Shown piece after piece: positions 62,570-64,000 of a stretch of 64,000 nucleotides of DNA (the stretch's first letter is position 1; the number at the start of each line of letters is the position of its first letter). The notes below the pieces were generated by a model, which did no database searches, was not told the origin of the DNA, and worked only from the letters and a program-made list of their open reading frames with translations. A program made the translations under genes and the position numbers. Source of the stretch: a virus (lineage: Duplodnaviria; Caudoviricetes); the IMG/VR virus record IMGVR_UViG_3300037760_000038, positions 7,275 through 71,274 of that record, one strand, 5' to 3'.

Positions 62570-63292
62570 TCAGATCTCGCGGACCACGACGAACTTGCCG
62601 GAAACGGCCTCCTTGCGGGTGTGGCCGTCCTTGGCCAGGTAGTACAGGGTGCCATTGTCGGCGACAACGCCCTTGTACTCCCAGCGCCCGACCTTGGCGA
62701 TGACCTCCGGCTTGCCGGTCAGGTCCACCGTGTTGGTGTCCGAGTCGTCCCACTCGGGCTCCGGTCGGCTGGCGCGCTCGGCCTCGGCGTGCGCGGCTTC
62801 CTCAGCGGCGACGATCTCGGCCAGGCCCTTCGCTTCACGTGCCTTGCGTGCCGCGTTCCCGTCGTGCGTGGTGTCTTCGTCAGCGGTGATGACACCAGCC
62901 GCCTTGGCCAGATTACGCTCGGCACTCGCGGTCTTCTTGGCGGCACGGGCCGCGTTGCGAGTTGCCTTGGCCTTCGCCTTCTCCGTGGCCTTAGCGATGC
63001 CCGCCGACACCATGTGACCGAACCCGTACTTGTTGGCCCAGTCCTGCGCGTCGGAAGAAACCCGCATGCCACCTTCCATCCGGGCGACCTCCAGACCCTG
63101 CGAACCCCACTTGATGAGGTGGCTCTTCAGCCGGGCGTCATGACCCGGAGCGAAGGTGCGGCCGGTCTCGGCCTGGCAGCCGGTGTCGAAGGTCTCGTAG
63201 TCGCCGCTCTCCAGGTTGGCTTCGGTGAGCTGCCCGCTGTCCACGGCGTCGAACTTGCTGCACTCGCACGGGGTCTTGTCGGTGTTCGCCAT
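62570..63292 (-). CDS. PGHD-family protein 4
   Basis: PCEC..GC..FAPGHDARLKS; Ala/Lys-rich helix; RBS GAGGAG. Confidence 0.8.
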   Translation of the reverse strand: MANTDKTPCECSKFDAVDSGQLTEANLESGDYETFDTGCQAETGRTFAPGHDARLKSHLIKWGSQGLEVARMEGGMRVSSDAQDWANKYGFGHMVSAGIAKATEKAKAKATRNAARAAKKTASAERNLAKAAGVITADEDTTHDGNAARKAREAKGLAEIVAAEEAAHAEAERASRPEPEWDDSDTNTVDLTGKPEVIAKVGRWEYKGVVADNGTLYYLAKDGHTRKEAVSGKFVVVREI

Positions 63293-63348
63293 TTTCAGTC
63301 TCCTCGTTGTCTGCGGCCCAGGGGCTCTGCCCCCGACCTGGTAAAACC

Positions 63349-63379
63349 ATTTCATCATGCGCCTTGCCAAACGCGCAAG
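63349..63379 (-). promoter_or_regulatory. promoter
   Basis: TTGCGC-18-TGAAAT; CTTGCC-N5-CGCAAG. Confidence 0.7.
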
Positions 63380-63618
63380 TCCCAAAGTGCGCATTGCCGT
63401 GTGGTGTATGTCACACGCCCGTCGCGGTGTTCCGGACCATGGCGCGGCGAACCGCTCCCGTGTCGTCGTACCTGACCCACAGACGGCCGACCCACGCACC
63501 GCCCTGCCGCTTCCGTCCAACGCGCACGACCTTGCCCGACCGGCCGACGACGCTAACTCGCTGATTGACTCGCATGGCTGCTGCTCTCCGTTCCAGGGCG
63601 CTACCGCTCCCGGTTGTG

Positions 63619-63942
63619 TTATTTGGTTCGGTTCTTTTCTATTTCGCTGGGCGTTCCGTCCACGTGCCTCCGAAACACCCCACAGCAGCCGCACAGGTCC
63701 ACGAAACTTCCCCGGTTCGTCAACACCTCGGCGAATGCCCACTGGTGATCGTGGGTAACTTCGTGCTCGTTGGCGAATGTCGGGTGCGTCAGCCGCTCGC
63801 GGTTTTTGATCTCCCACACGCGGTGCCACGCCTCCAGTCGACGAATCGCCCGAGCGCGGTCTTCAGGTCCGTTCGGCCCGACCATCAGCCCGTCGTTGCT
63901 GCGCTTCATGACTCCAGGTCCTTTCGTTTCCGTTGACCCCAT
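63619..63942 (-). CDS. hypothetical protein
   Basis: ORF with CGCCG; start uncertain. Confidence 0.55.
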   Translation of the reverse strand: MGSTETKGPGVMKRSNDGLMVGPNGPEDRARAIRRLEAWHRVWEIKNRERLTHPTFANEHEVTHDHQWAFAEVLTNRGSFVDLCGCCGVFRRHVDGTPSEIEKNRTK

Positions 63943-64000
63943 CAAACCACACCCTTGCTCTGTGCGCAAGGGTCGGGGGCTGGCCGATCGCCAGCCCCCG

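Noticed and set aside
1-64000. prophage, integrase or att site
   Set aside because: No tyrosine or serine recombinase, no parAB and no host housekeeping genes in the window; lifestyle cannot be fully settled without the rest of the genome.

Overview
The window is about 64 kb of a GC-rich actinobacteriophage genome, probably a Streptomyces-type siphovirus. Almost everything is encoded on the minus strand. No host genes, integrase or CRISPR array are visible. In transcription order (right to left): promoter-per-gene early cassettes (64-59.3 kb); a complete head/tail/lysis operon (terS, terL, portal, scaffold, capsid, connectors, tail tube, frameshifted chaperone, tape measure, minor tails, nitroreductase, two glycosyltransferases, endolysin; 59.2-38.4 kb); a regulator, recombination and replication block (HTH, Nudix, PD-(D/E)XK exonuclease, AAA ATPase, SSB-like protein, primase-helicase, origin-like region, DinG helicase; 38.3-25.5 kb); a Ro60/TROVE gene with two upstream Y-RNA-like repeats; a family A DNA polymerase; a purine-modification cluster; and more small early cassettes (11.9 kb-1). 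The purine cluster holds a PurZ0-like synthetase, its own PurB, a MazG-like hydrolase and a deoxyribosyltransferase-dUTPase fusion, which points to a 2-aminoadenine (Z) genome. The best leads are: (1) this self-contained Z pathway with no HD-family DatZ in the window; (2) an array of five tRNA/tmRNA-like RNAs without anticodon arms at 32.56-33.07 kb; (3) Ro60 with two covarying Y-RNA candidates; (4) a CTTGCG-N5-CGCAAG palindrome over the -35 box of about 25 promoters; (5) a four-member CxC..GC..FxPGHD paralog family. All calls come from motif recognition by eye; no database searches were run.
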